NCBI GenBank assembly: GCA_963701855.1 | Contig: CAVPBK010000011.1 | Location: forward strand, 64,001-128,000 | DNA: 64,000 nucleotides | Direction: 5' to 3' | Source: Nitrospirota bacterium | GTDB lineage: Bacteria; Nitrospirota; Nitrospiria; Nitrospirales; Nitrospiraceae | Part shown: positions 30,097-40,285 of the stretch, in pieces | How positions within the stretch are numbered: position 1 is the first letter of the stretch | How the letters are laid out: the number at the start of each line of letters is the position of its first letter | Program-made: the position numbers and the translations under genes | The notes under the pieces: model-generated | The model's database searches: none | Told to the model about the DNA's origin: nothing | The model's input: the letters and a program-made list of their open reading frames with translations, nothing else

Positions 30097-30924
30097 ATGA
30101 TGCTTTTAAAGGAATGGTGGCGGTGGTTTAGGCGGCAAAGCCGGCTCAACAAATTTATCATCGTTGGTTTTTCTGCCTCGTTGGTGCTGTTTCTCATTCC
30201 ATTGGTTGTGTCCTGGTTCAAGCCGACCCCTATCCATGTCGGTGTCGCCTTCTACACATACGAGCGTGCCTTTGTTCTGGAGGGGAACAACAAGGTCTAT
30301 TTTTATGAAAATCGTAACCTGGTATCCGATTGCAGTCTCCGGCGAATCGAGCAGACAGTGCCGAAAGGCCGGGCCAAGACCCCTGATCCGCAGTCCTGGG
30401 TCTTGATCAAGTTTCTCGTTGAAAATGTGACGGATCATTCCCTCACGAACCTCCGCATGGCCATCAGGTCTCCTCTCCTGCGTCCCACCACAACACTGTT
30501 CACGACATCGAATCTGGAAGCGACTGGGGAATGGGACAGTACGGCGAAGGATGCCCCACGCTCGTATGTCATTTCTATACCAGCCATCGAATCAATGACC
30601 TCAGCGGTCATCAGTCTGAAGACTCCAATCGACGAGACATTGCGTCAATTTATTTATACGGATCGAGGTCGAATGACGATCCAGGTGCCCTATTGGTCAG
30701 CGGACCAGATCGGAACCTATCCACTCAAAGTCTCTCGCCTCAATGCTATGAAGATTTTGAACCGGGAGAGTGTGTTACGAGCCGGCGACGAAACGTTCGC
30801 GAATGAAAAGATTGAATTTACGATGCTTCGCCCCGACGAGCCCGATCTGAAAGATGAAACCGTGTCCTATCAACTGCTCTCAAAGGCACACGACTGCCCG
30901 GAAGGAACAGCGGGCGACTGGTAG
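30097..30924 (+). CDS. Hypothetical protein with N-terminal membrane anchor
   Basis: 275-aa ORF with basic N-terminus then one hydrophobic helix. Confidence 0.7.
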   Translation: MMLLKEWWRWFRRQSRLNKFIIVGFSASLVLFLIPLVVSWFKPTPIHVGVAFYTYERAFVLEGNNKVYFYENRNLVSDCSLRRIEQTVPKGRAKTPDPQSWVLIKFLVENVTDHSLTNLRMAIRSPLLRPTTTLFTTSNLEATGEWDSTAKDAPRSYVISIPAIESMTSAVISLKTPIDETLRQFIYTDRGRMTIQVPYWSADQIGTYPLKVSRLNAMKILNRESVLRAGDETFANEKIEFTMLRPDEPDLKDETVSYQLLSKAHDCPEGTAGDW

Positions 30925-31015
30925 GTGTCGGCTAAACATACAAGAGGAAGCGCAGGTGTTAATTGGGAAAGCACTCGCGAAAGCACGCAACTAAGCTGGA
31001 GAGGGAGGATGTTCT

Positions 31016-32638
31016 CTACCCGGAATTGTCCCCTCTTGATGAAACTCGCCGCTCGCCAATTCCGAGTTGAAGCGCCTCCACATCCAATTCGTGCTCGATA
31101 CGATGCAGCACGTCATCACTAATGGCGCCGTCGTTTCGCAGACCGATTACCGCAAGGCGTTCTGCCGTCAACGTCTCATGCCGCAAACGCCGGAATATCT
31201 CGATGGCTTCTGCCGTACACTCAGGAGCAGTTCCATCCTTGGCGTAGCGCTGTGCGCGGTCGCCATAGTGAGCACGCATCTGATCGAGGTGTTCAGGAAT
31301 AGGCCATCCTTCGTTCGCGACTTCATCCAGGCGCACAAGAGCAGCCGTCGCCGCATGTTCGCGCGCCTGCATCTCCTCACGTTCCAGAGCCCTGTCTTCC
31401 TGTAAATTCAGGGCGCGGATCAGAGGTGCGAGTGACAAGCCCTGTAAAACCAACGTGGCGAAAATCACAGAGAAGGTGATCAGGATGATCTCCGCACGAA
31501 AGGGAAACGGCGCTCCGGCGGCAGTTGTCAGCGGGAGCGCTAGTGCCGCCGCGAGAGACACGATTCCGCGCATGCCGGTCCAGCCGATAATAAACAGACT
31601 CGACCAAGCCGGCATCGGATCGCGTGCCCGCAGCGAGGGGCTGACCAGTCTCGGAATCCACGCGGCCAGTGGCACCCATATCATGCGCACCACGATCGCG
31701 GTGACGCTCACGAGTGCCCCGGTGAGCATAAGCGGGACAAACATTTCAGAGGGGATGGCGTCACGGAGCGCGCCGAGCTGCAGGCCGATGAGAATAAAAA
31801 TGACGCCGTTGAGCACGAACACAAGGAAGTCCCACACGGCCCTCGCTTGAATCCTGGTCGTAGGCGCAACGGCCTCACTGAAATGTTGGCGAAGATAGAG
31901 ACCTCCGGCCACGCAGGCCAGTACGCCGGACGCGTGAGCCTGTTCGGCCAAGACCCAGGCGATATACGGGGATAAGAGCGTGATTGCAATCTCGCTGAAA
32001 CTGTCTTTCATCAATCTCAGCCCCCAGCGGGCCACCACGCCGACCAAGAGTCCGACCACGACACCCACTCCCGCCGCCATGAAGAAGTCCAGCACTGTGT
32101 CGCTGAAGATGAAGGTGCCACTGACCGCCGCCATGACCGCGGCGCGATACAGAATGAGCGCCGTCGCATCGTTCACGAGACTCTCCCCTTCCAGGATCGT
32201 CACAGCACGACGTGGAAGGCCTAATCGCTTTGCGACCGCAGTAGCTGACACGGCGTCGGGCGGTGAAACAATTGCCCCCAACGCAATGGCTCCAGCCCAA
32301 CCCAATCCCGGAAGGCAGATATATGCGACTACCGCTACGGCTGCGGTGGTTGCCAACACGAGGCCGACAGCCAGCAGGGTAATCGGGCGAAGATTTGAAC
32401 GAAAATCGCGCCACGAGGTGAAGTAGGCTGCTGACCAGAGAATAGGAGGAAGGAAGACCAGGAACACGATGTCAGGATCGAGTCGCAGTGTGGGCACGCC
32501 GGGAATAAGGCCCAAGACCAACCCTCCGATCACCAGCAAGATGGGGTAAGGGATCACGAGTTTGCGCGCGAACGCCGCAAGGGCGAGTACGGCTATCAAC
32601 AGCAAAATTACCGTTTCGAGTTGATGAAGGCTTTCCAT
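31016..32638 (-). CDS. Na+/H+ antiporter, CPA1 family
   Basis: FLPPIL, GAIVSPPDAV, ILEGESLVNDATAL, GMRGIVSLAAAL; multiple TM helices. Confidence 0.93.
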   Translation of the reverse strand: MESLHQLETVILLLIAVLALAAFARKLVIPYPILLVIGGLVLGLIPGVPTLRLDPDIVFLVFLPPILWSAAYFTSWRDFRSNLRPITLLAVGLVLATTAAVAVVAYICLPGLGWAGAIALGAIVSPPDAVSATAVAKRLGLPRRAVTILEGESLVNDATALILYRAAVMAAVSGTFIFSDTVLDFFMAAGVGVVVGLLVGVVARWGLRLMKDSFSEIAITLLSPYIAWVLAEQAHASGVLACVAGGLYLRQHFSEAVAPTTRIQARAVWDFLVFVLNGVIFILIGLQLGALRDAIPSEMFVPLMLTGALVSVTAIVVRMIWVPLAAWIPRLVSPSLRARDPMPAWSSLFIIGWTGMRGIVSLAAALALPLTTAAGAPFPFRAEIILITFSVIFATLVLQGLSLAPLIRALNLQEDRALEREEMQAREHAATAALVRLDEVANEGWPIPEHLDQMRAHYGDRAQRYAKDGTAPECTAEAIEIFRRLRHETLTAERLAVIGLRNDGAISDDVLHRIEHELDVEALQLGIGERRVSSRGDNSG

Positions 32639-32689
32639 ATTGTGTCAATGGTACGCGAATCGCACGTGCAAATAACAGGGTTCTCCGTC

Positions 32690-32813
32690 ACTGACCGTGG
32701 CGCGTGAAGCGCGAGATCCGGGTGGTTTCTCTTGTTTGTCTGGTCTATTTGGTTTGTGTACTGGAAGTAGATTAACCAGATGAACAACACAAACCGGATC
32801 AACCCGTTTCGGC
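32690..32813 (-). repeat. Family B repeat (reverse) with 9-mer palindromic core
   Basis: gaccgtggcgcgtgaagcgcg is the reverse complement of the family B end; the core is tttgtctgg/tctatttgg ... aaccagatg/aacaacaca. Confidence 0.7.
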
Positions 32814-32868
32814 AGTCTATCTGGGTTATCTTGCAGGTGATGTAGAAGAATGAGTGACGAAACGGAAC

Positions 32869-33546
32869 TTACTTGGAACGAGGAGAGATCGTGATTCGCC
32901 GAAAGACCTCTGCATATACACCCGCCGGAGCGCTGGCCTTGGGATCGGCGAATACGGCTCGCCAGCGGTTTAATCCCAGGACTCCTTCCCCATAGGGGAT
33001 CGTGGCCACCTGACTTTGATGCTGTGCTATGGCCGTCATCTTCTTGGCCACATAGCGGTCGATGTACTCAAGGCGATCCCAGGTTGCAAAGGGGCCCCAG
33101 ACTTCGTACGCCCACATGCCACCACTTAGATAGATGTCGGCTTCAAGGACGCTTTCTCTCGCCAGCTTGCCGGCAAGGCGATGGGCCGGATGCCGGTCGA
33201 GTTCCTCATCCAGCGTATAGACCTCAGCCGGTTGGAGGCGAGCGAGTATTTCGACCAGTCTCCGTTTGATAGCCGTAACATTGACCTCGTCCGCATCGTC
33301 CGGTTCGTCACAAAAGATCACGTCTTTCACGCCCAAGACGCCGGCGGCACGGAGAGCCTCCTCTCTTCTCACTTCAGCCATCCGCTGTTCCGTCAACGCA
33401 AATGGATTCGATGACCGGCCACCGTTCGTGATGACGACGGACGTTAGTACGGCCATGGACTCCGCCAGTTGGGCAACGGTCCCGCCCATGCCGATTTCCA
33501 TGTCATCCGGATGAGCGCTGATGATGACGACGTTGTGGTGGCTCAT
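32869..33546 (-). CDS. PIG-L family deacetylase
   Basis: SAHPDDMEIGMGG, HPAH, H.SQ motifs; start trimmed to exclude the repeat-derived extension. Confidence 0.9.
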   Translation of the reverse strand: MSHHNVVIISAHPDDMEIGMGGTVAQLAESMAVLTSVVITNGGRSSNPFALTEQRMAEVRREEALRAAGVLGVKDVIFCDEPDDADEVNVTAIKRRLVEILARLQPAEVYTLDEELDRHPAHRLAGKLARESVLEADIYLSGGMWAYEVWGPFATWDRLEYIDRYVAKKMTAIAQHQSQVATIPYGEGVLGLNRWRAVFADPKASAPAGVYAEVFRRITISPRSK

Positions 33547-33652
33547 CTTGTTCATTTGGTCTGTCTGGTTTGTCTGGGTGAACAAGACCAACGAAATGAA
33601 CGAAACAAACCAGATCGACCAGAGAAACTAGATGAACCAGGCAAACCGGATT
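33547..33652. repeat. 9-mer imperfect palindromic tandem array
   Basis: ttcatttgg tctgtctgg tttgtctgg followed by aacgaaatg aacgaaaca aaccagatc gaccagaga ... Confidence 0.75.
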
Positions 33653-33711
33653 TGTCCCAGACGTGCCAACCATCGAAGTTCTCTCGTACCCACATAGTTT
33701 TCCTCGGCCTG

Positions 33712-34641
33712 TTAAAGGGCTACTTGCTGCTCTGCATGGTAGGAACTGCGGACGAGCGGACCTGATTCGACGTGGGTGAATCCGAGTGCCCTCCCCTCCT
33801 CCTTTAACATGGCAAACTCGCTGGGATCGTAGAAGCGTGCAACCGGCAGATGCTCTCTCGCCGGTTGGAGATATTGCCCGATGGTCATGATGTCGCAGCC
33901 GACGGAACGGAGGTCGCGCATGACTTCGCGCGCCTCATCCATCGTTTCTCCCATTCCAAGGATCAACCCGGACTTGGTGCGCATGCCCAACTGCTTTGCC
34001 TTGCCGAGTAATTCGATCGACCGCTGATATTTTCCTTGTGGTCTGATGGCAGGAAACAGCCGCCGGACCGTTTCGATGTTGTGATTCAGAATTTCCGGCT
34101 TTTCGGCACAGACCATCGCAAGGGCTTTCTCGTTCCCTTCGAAATCAGGAATCAAGACTTCAATCGTGCAGTTAGGGCTGAGCTGTCTGGCCTGCCGGAT
34201 CGTTTCGGAAAAGATTTCGGCGCCTCCATCTTCCAGTTCATCCCGGTTCACCGATGTGATCACGGCATGTCGAAGACCCAACGCCTGGATTGCCTCTGCG
34301 ACTCGCCTCGGTTCCTCAAGGTCAATCGCCAACGGTCGGCCTGTCTCGACTGAACAGTAGTGGCAACGTCTGGTGCAGATGTCGCCAAGGATGAGGAACG
34401 TCGCGGTGCGTGCATTCCAACATTCCCATCGGTTCGGGCAGCGCGCTTCTTCGCAAATGGTATGGAGCTTGAGCCGGTCCATCGTCTGCTTGATGTCGAA
34501 GTAGTCCGGACCGGTTTTCGCTTGGACTTTGAACCAGGGCGGAAGACGCCTGGAAGAACTGATGGCCGACGGCTGAAGGCTGATAGCCTTAGGTGAATCA
34601 GAGGACGAAGACCGGAGCTGGTCGAGCGGGATAAAGCTCAT
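33712..34641 (-). CDS. lipA: Lipoyl synthase
   Basis: CEEARCPNRWEC, CTRRCHYC, VRSSY. Confidence 0.97.
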   Translation of the reverse strand: MSFIPLDQLRSSSSDSPKAISLQPSAISSSRRLPPWFKVQAKTGPDYFDIKQTMDRLKLHTICEEARCPNRWECWNARTATFLILGDICTRRCHYCSVETGRPLAIDLEEPRRVAEAIQALGLRHAVITSVNRDELEDGGAEIFSETIRQARQLSPNCTIEVLIPDFEGNEKALAMVCAEKPEILNHNIETVRRLFPAIRPQGKYQRSIELLGKAKQLGMRTKSGLILGMGETMDEAREVMRDLRSVGCDIMTIGQYLQPAREHLPVARFYDPSEFAMLKEEGRALGFTHVESGPLVRSSYHAEQQVAL

Positions 34642-35840
34642 GGAGCTTCCTTCGATGAGAGTAACTCCGAGGGATGTTCAAGGACGCGTTTGAACTCTTT
34701 CAGGAAGACGGCCCCCTGCACACCATCCAGAGCCCGGTGGTCGCAGGACAACGTGACTTTCATACGCCGGCCCGCCTTGACCGTGCCGTCTCTGACGACA
34801 GGCGCGTCGCGGATGGCGCCTACAGCGATAGATGCTGCTTGAGGGGGCATGAGGACCGCAATGAAGTTTTCCACGTCAAACATTCCCAAGTTTGAGATCG
34901 AAAACGTAGCGTCGGTGTATTCCTGCGGCTGTAAGCGTTTGTCCCTGGCCCGGTCGATCAGTGACCGCGATTCAGTCGCGATATTCTCCAGCGATTTCTC
35001 GGCGCAATCACGGACGACCGGCGTGATCAAGCCGTCATCGATGCCGACGGCGATGCCGATATCGATGCGCGCATGTCGCCTGATCGCATGGCCGGTAAAG
35101 GACACATTGATTTCCGGATGGCGGATGAGCGCGATTGCTGCAGCTTTGATCAGCAAGTCGGTGACGGAGGGATGCGTGGTTCGGTTCTGTTTGAATTGAT
35201 CGCGGAACTGCTCTGCCTTCTCCATATCGATCTCGCTCGTCAGATAAAAATGCGGCACCGGCCCTTTGCTCTGGATCGTCGCTCGCGCGATGGCTTTCCG
35301 CATCTGGCTCAGCGGCTGGTCTGTTCCAGCCGGAAGCATCTGCGTCGGCAGCGCCTTGGTTTTCACGACATCCTCTTCTACGATTCGCCCGCCAGGACCG
35401 GTTCCAGTGATGGTGGAGAGATCGATTCCCCGGTCGGCAGCAAGCGCTTTAGCACGAGGTGAGGCGATAACACGAGTATCCTGTGGATTTCCTGATGAGG
35501 TAGGGGCCGGACCCGCGGCAGGAGACGAGCTTGCTTTCGTTCCGCCGCCGACCGATGGCGCGGCAGTGATCCGGTCGGTCAATGCCGCGGTGATATCCTC
35601 ATCCGCTCCACCGATGACGCCGATCAACGTTCCGGACATCACGGTTGCGCCGTCCTGCACCAGGATCTTGCGTAGGATGCCGGAGGCGAAGGCCTCAAGA
35701 TCCATGATGGCCTTGTCGGTTTCGATTTCAGCAAGTGACTCCCCTGCCTGCACTGAATCTCCTTCGCGCTTTTTCCACGCAAGAAGGACACCCTCTTCCA
35801 TCGTGTCGGTTAATTTTGGCATCACGACGCGACTAGCCAT
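34638..35840 (-). CDS. pdhC: Pyruvate dehydrogenase E2, dihydrolipoamide acetyltransferase
   Basis: Lipoyl ETDKA, E3-binding ASPRAK..GTGPGGRI, catalytic DHRALDG. Confidence 0.93.
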   Translation of the reverse strand: MASRVVMPKLTDTMEEGVLLAWKKREGDSVQAGESLAEIETDKAIMDLEAFASGILRKILVQDGATVMSGTLIGVIGGADEDITAALTDRITAAPSVGGGTKASSSPAAGPAPTSSGNPQDTRVIASPRAKALAADRGIDLSTITGTGPGGRIVEEDVVKTKALPTQMLPAGTDQPLSQMRKAIARATIQSKGPVPHFYLTSEIDMEKAEQFRDQFKQNRTTHPSVTDLLIKAAAIALIRHPEINVSFTGHAIRRHARIDIGIAVGIDDGLITPVVRDCAEKSLENIATESRSLIDRARDKRLQPQEYTDATFSISNLGMFDVENFIAVLMPPQAASIAVGAIRDAPVVRDGTVKAGRRMKVTLSCDHRALDGVQGAVFLKEFKRVLEHPSELLSSKEAP

Positions 35841-35853
35841 AAAACTCCCTCAC

Positions 35854-35974
35854 GGATGCTGAAAAAGTCCTCCAACTTCGTTCTCGGGTCGACACAATCC
35901 TCAACGTAGCTGTGAAGCTACGCCTCCAGTTGTGTCATCCCTGCGGCCTCGCTGGATGGCCTTTTTGAGCATCC
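35854..35974 (+). repeat. Structured ~120-bp repeat, family A, copy 1
   Basis: Terminal IR ggatgctgaaaaag...ctttttgagcatcc; central hairpin cgtagct-GTGA-agctacg; homologous to 46894-47020. Confidence 0.85.
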
Positions 35975-36011
35975 TTAAGATTTGGGGTTGTCTTTCAATC
36001 ATCATCACTAT

Positions 36012-36377
36012 TTAACTACTAGTAGTAGAACGGCTAAACCATGAGAACAACTTGCCGATCAATCCATCTGGCGTTTCAGACTGCCTCGCGGGGTCTGGAT
36101 ACTCAATCCAAGGCTCCTGTGAACCCAAATAGAGGCCTTGTCGGACGCTCAGTTGGCTGCGGAGTTGCGAGTAGCCTTGTCCTTGGAGCGTTCGGATTAA
36201 CTCCTCAAGCGCCGCCCCAGGCGTGGCTTGTGCGGTGGTCACCACGCGCGTCGTTTCATATCGCAGAATGGCTTGATAGCCTCCGTTGGCTTGCTCATAC
36301 ACAACTAGTCTACTAAAGCCCCGTTCGCGTGCATCGAAGCCCGCTAATTGATGTTTCTCTTGTACTTCGTCCGACAT
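36012..36377 (-). CDS. Hypothetical protein
   Basis: Co-oriented within the pdh cluster; start moved to MSDEVQ because the upstream extension is repeat-derived. Confidence 0.7.
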   Translation of the reverse strand: MSDEVQEKHQLAGFDARERGFSRLVVYEQANGGYQAILRYETTRVVTTAQATPGAALEELIRTLQGQGYSQLRSQLSVRQGLYLGSQEPWIEYPDPARQSETPDGLIGKLFSWFSRSTTSS

Positions 36378-36401
36378 AGCAAATTCCGGATAGAAAGCCG
36401 T

Positions 36402-36505
36402 GCGAGACGGGCGGGACGAGCGAGATGAGCACACGAGGTGGAAATCTAATCTGTCCACGTCGCGCCTTTCTCGCATGTCGCGCGCTTCACGCGCCATGGT
36501 CTGTC
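36402..36505 (+). repeat. Family B repeat
   Basis: gcgagacgggcggg ... tttctcgcat..cgcgcttcacgcgccatggtctgt, as at 6067-6180. Confidence 0.7.
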
Positions 36506-36872
36506 AGAGAGCCCGGAACACGGCCAAAAGATCGCTCAAGGCAATGGTTTTGTTCCGCAGGATGGCACGCTGCGCCTGCATCGGCTCCATCGCCGAGGCT
36601 CGTTCATGGCCGCCTTTCAAGACTGCGGCTCCAAGGGCGAGCACGTCCTTGCATTCCTTCTCGACCTTGCTTTTGACCACGGGATTCACCGCGAGAATGT
36701 CCGCCATCATTGCGCGCGTCGTGGAGAGATGCGCGTGCAGTTCCTCGTCCGGGTATGCCTTCCTGGCCGCCTCATCGAGGCAGCGATCGAGGTACTGTGT
36801 CAGGAACACATAGAGGCGAACGAGTATTTCCGTGATCTCAATATGACCGTGAGCCTGGACTTGTAATGACAT
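36504..36872 (-). CDS. Hypothetical helical protein
   Basis: AGGAGG RBS; directly downstream of pdhB. Confidence 0.8.
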   Translation of the reverse strand: MSLQVQAHGHIEITEILVRLYVFLTQYLDRCLDEAARKAYPDEELHAHLSTTRAMMADILAVNPVVKSKVEKECKDVLALGAAVLKGGHERASAMEPMQAQRAILRNKTIALSDLLAVFRAL

Positions 36873-36893
36873 CGGTAATCGTGCCTCCTGTGT

Positions 36894-37871
36894 TTACTGT
36901 GTGCCGCACACTACTTTGACGGCTTCGATGACGCGCGGTTTGTCCGGGATGGCGGCATCTTCCAAGGGACGACTATAGGGCATTGGCACTTCTTCGCCGG
37001 TGACGCGTTGGATGGGGGCGTCCAAGTAGTCGAATGCTGCCGCGTACACGCTCTCCGCTATCTGAGCGCCTAACCCGCAGAAACGCCAGCCCTCTTCGAC
37101 GATCACGAGGCGTCCCGTCTTTTTGACTGATGCCACAATCGTCGTGAGGTCCAACGGTTTGAGGGTGCGGGGATCGATGACCTCGACCTCGATGCCTTCC
37201 CGGCTCAACTGTTCGGCTGCCTCCAGCGCCAGCAGGAGCATCTTCGAATAGGCGACGATGGTCGCATCGTGTCCGGCACGTTTGACCTCTGCGACACCGA
37301 TGGGGATCGTGTATTCACCATCGCTGACTTCCCCCTTCGTTCCGTACAGTAATTGCGCTTCGATGAAGATGACAGGATTGTTGTCCCGGACTGCACTCTT
37401 CAGCAGGCCCTTTGCATCGTGCGGCGTGGCCGGTGCAATCACTTTCAATCCCGGGACGTGACAGAACCAGGCCTCCAGACTTTGCGAATGCTGCGCGCCT
37501 AACTGGTGCGCGGCGCTCCCCGGTCCGCGAATCACCAGCGGCACCGACAGCTGCCCCCCCGACATGTAACGAATTTTTGCGGCGTTGTTGACGATTTGAT
37601 CCAAGGCCAGAATGCCGAAATTCATAGTCATGAGTTCAACGATGGGATGCAGTCCCGCCATCGCGGCGCCGATTGCCAGACCAGTGAATCCGGCTTCCGT
37701 AATTGGAGTATCCACCACCCGTTGCGGACCGAATTCTTCCACGAACCCCTTGCTGACCTTAAAGGCGCCCTGGTAGTAGCCCACTTCCTCGCCGATCAGA
37801 AAAATGCGCGAGTCTCGACGCATTTCCTCTCGCATGGCCTGGTTCAGAGCTTCGCGATAGGAGATCATCAT
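36894..37871 (-). CDS. pdhB: Pyruvate dehydrogenase E1 beta subunit
   Basis: GEEVGYYQGAFK, DTPITEAGF, GAQHSQS. Confidence 0.96.
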   Translation of the reverse strand: MMISYREALNQAMREEMRRDSRIFLIGEEVGYYQGAFKVSKGFVEEFGPQRVVDTPITEAGFTGLAIGAAMAGLHPIVELMTMNFGILALDQIVNNAAKIRYMSGGQLSVPLVIRGPGSAAHQLGAQHSQSLEAWFCHVPGLKVIAPATPHDAKGLLKSAVRDNNPVIFIEAQLLYGTKGEVSDGEYTIPIGVAEVKRAGHDATIVAYSKMLLLALEAAEQLSREGIEVEVIDPRTLKPLDLTTIVASVKKTGRLVIVEEGWRFCGLGAQIAESVYAAAFDYLDAPIQRVTGEEVPMPYSRPLEDAAIPDKPRVIEAVKVVCGTQ

Positions 37872-37879
37872 AGATTATC

Positions 37880-38860
37880 TTAGTCCGCCCGCATCACGTG
37901 GGTGTGCAAGTCCGATGGGGTCGGGAACGGGCTCTCATCCGCGAACTTGACGGCAGCCGTCACGACTTCGCCGATTTCCCGCTCAAGCTGTATGAAATCG
38001 GTCTCGGCGCCTAGGTTGTTGCTCTGGATCGTCTGCTTCAGCAACAGCAGCGGGTCGCGTGTGCGGTGCTCCTCCACTTCTTCTTTGGTTCGGTAGTGCC
38101 CATGTGCCGGGTCGGACATTGAGTGCCCCATGAACCGATAGGTCATCGCCTCGATGAAAAATGGTCCCTGCCCCGCGCGTACCTGCTCGACGACGTGGCG
38201 CATCACATCGCGCACGGCCAGCACATCCATGCCATCTACGCGTTCAGCCTTGATGCCATAGGAGCGGGCCGTTTCTGCCACGTCCGCATAGAGTGCGATG
38301 GCCCGTTCAGCCGGTGTCCCCATACCGTAGCGGTTGTTTTCGCAGACGAAGATCACAGGAAGTTTCCACAAGGCTGCCAAGTTGAGCGCCTCGTGCGCCT
38401 GGCCGCTCGGAATCGCTCCTTCGCCGAAGAAGCAGACGGTCACGAGGTCGAGTGATTGATACTTTGTGGCGAACGCGAGGCCTGTGGCAAGGGGAATATG
38501 GCCGCCGACAATAGCGTAGCCGCCCATGAACCGGCGCGGGGCATCCACCAGGTGCATGGAGCCCCCTTTGCCGTGGCACAGGCCCGTCGCTTTGCCGAAC
38601 ATCTCGGCCATCACGTGGCCGGGGTCGGAACCTCGTGCAAGACAATGTCCGTGATCGCGGTACGCGCTGATCGCGTAGTCATCCGGTCGAAGCGCGGCGA
38701 TAATCCCGACCGCAATGGCCTCTTCGCCGATATAGAGATGCAGGAATCCGGCAATTTTTGCGAGGGCGTACATCTCCGCCGATTTTTCTTCGAAACGGCG
38801 GATCAGCAGCATTTGACGATAGAGGAATAAGACGTCGCTCCGGTCCATAGTTGGCATCAT
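37880..38860 (-). CDS. pdhA: Pyruvate dehydrogenase E1 alpha subunit
   Basis: GFLHLYIGEEA, GKGGSMH, TPP motif GEGA...ENN, YRFMGHSMSD. Start uncertain. Confidence 0.95.
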   Translation of the reverse strand: MMPTMDRSDVLFLYRQMLLIRRFEEKSAEMYALAKIAGFLHLYIGEEAIAVGIIAALRPDDYAISAYRDHGHCLARGSDPGHVMAEMFGKATGLCHGKGGSMHLVDAPRRFMGGYAIVGGHIPLATGLAFATKYQSLDLVTVCFFGEGAIPSGQAHEALNLAALWKLPVIFVCENNRYGMGTPAERAIALYADVAETARSYGIKAERVDGMDVLAVRDVMRHVVEQVRAGQGPFFIEAMTYRFMGHSMSDPAHGHYRTKEEVEEHRTRDPLLLLKQTIQSNNLGAETDFIQLEREIGEVVTAAVKFADESPFPTPSDLHTHVMRAD

Positions 38861-38900
38861 AAAGAGCCTAGAAACCGGACTCAACCCCGACCACCAGAGA

Positions 38901-39206
38901 TCAGACAAGCACCTTCACGTCCGTGCCCTCGACCTTCACTTCATACCGTTCCACTTTCGCCGCGGGATTCGCCACGCAGGCGCCCGTGGTGACATCGTAT
39001 TGCCAGCCATGCCAGGGACAGGTCACGACGGATCCTTCGAGTTCCCCTTCGCCGAGCGGGCCGCCTCGATGAATACAGGTGTTGCTGATTGCGTGGAAGG
39101 TGCCATCCACATTGAAGACTGCGAAGGTTTTTCCGTTCACTTCTGCGACGATCCCCTGGCCCGGTTTCACGTCGGTTGTGCCTGTCACCCGCACGAATGC
39201 TCCCAT
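38901..39206 (-). CDS. Rieske [2Fe-2S] ferredoxin
   Basis: CIHRGGPL...CPWHGW. Confidence 0.93.
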   Translation of the reverse strand: MGAFVRVTGTTDVKPGQGIVAEVNGKTFAVFNVDGTFHAISNTCIHRGGPLGEGELEGSVVTCPWHGWQYDVTTGACVANPAAKVERYEVKVEGTDVKVLV

Positions 39207-39233
39207 CGCCAATCCCGTCCTTTCGTCCGTCAG

Positions 39234-40109
39234 TTATGCTTTCGCAAATGGATTCTTGATTTTGCTCAGCAGGCTTTCGATCGGCGGAACTCCCTTTGTG
39301 GCGCCGGTGACTCCCGCGATAATTTTCTGTGCGATCTCTCGAAACGCGGCTGATTGTGGGGACGCCGGATCGGCTACGACGATCGGATTGCCAGAATCGC
39401 CGCCGTCGCGAATTGCCGGGTCGATCGGCACGCGGCCGAGAAATGGGATCCCGAGTGTGGCGGCGGCCCGCTCCCCTCCCCCATGCGAAAATATTTCGGT
39501 CCGCTCGCCGCAGTGACCGCAGAGGAAGTAACTCATGTTCTCCACAATGCCAAGGAGCGGCACATTCACCTTCTGGAACATCATCATGCCTTTGCGGACA
39601 TCGTGCAGGGCGACTTCTTGTGGCGTCGTGACGGTGACGGCGCCAGTCAGTGGGACCAACTGGGTCAGCGTAAGCTGCGCGTCTCCGGTGCCGGGTGGCA
39701 GATCGATCAGCAGATAATCCAGCTCACCCCACAACACGTCCCGGAAAAGCTGTTGAATAGCAGTATGGACCATTGGACCTCGCCAGACTACGGCGGTGTC
39801 TTCCGGGACAAAAAATCCCATGGAAATGAGTTTGACGCCGTGGCTTTCAGCTGGAACGATCTTGCCGTCTTGCTGTTCCGGGGGCTTGCTCACGCCCATC
39901 ATCATGGGAATGTTCGGACCATAGATATCCGCATCCAGCAGGCCGACCTTGGCGCCGCTTAGGGCCATAGCCACGGCAAGATTGACGGAGACCGTGGATT
40001 TGCCGACCCCGCCTTTGCCGCTGCTGACGGCAATGACATATTTGACGCCGGGAATAAGATTGTCTTTCCCGTGACCAGTCTGGGATTCAGCGGGATGTTG
40101 ATCTGCCAT
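39234..40109 (-). CDS. apbC: Mrp/ApbC/NBP35 Fe-S cluster carrier ATPase
   Basis: [33 protein letters not shown]..CxxC. Confidence 0.94.
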   Translation of the reverse strand: MADQHPAESQTGHGKDNLIPGVKYVIAVSSGKGGVGKSTVSVNLAVAMALSGAKVGLLDADIYGPNIPMMMGVSKPPEQQDGKIVPAESHGVKLISMGFFVPEDTAVVWRGPMVHTAIQQLFRDVLWGELDYLLIDLPPGTGDAQLTLTQLVPLTGAVTVTTPQEVALHDVRKGMMMFQKVNVPLLGIVENMSYFLCGHCGERTEIFSHGGGERAAATLGIPFLGRVPIDPAIRDGGDSGNPIVVADPASPQSAAFREIAQKIIAGVTGATKGVPPIESLLSKIKNPFAKA

Positions 40110-40285
40110 AACGTGCTCCTCTCTACGTGCATAATCGAATTGGACTGGCTCTCAAGCCGGTCACTCCATCATAAGCGAATGAACGGGTGAAAGAAAATGG
40201 GGCTAATGCGCTACAGACGATAGCACAATGGGGGAATGTAACCAGGATGGTGAAACTGGCAGTCGAGCAGGTTCTTACAGGTCCA

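Noticed and set aside
36378..36497. Long N-terminal extensions in the ORF track (MAREARDMRE; also 46094, 33591, 48720)
   Set aside because: Translations of intergenic repeats; starts were moved downstream.
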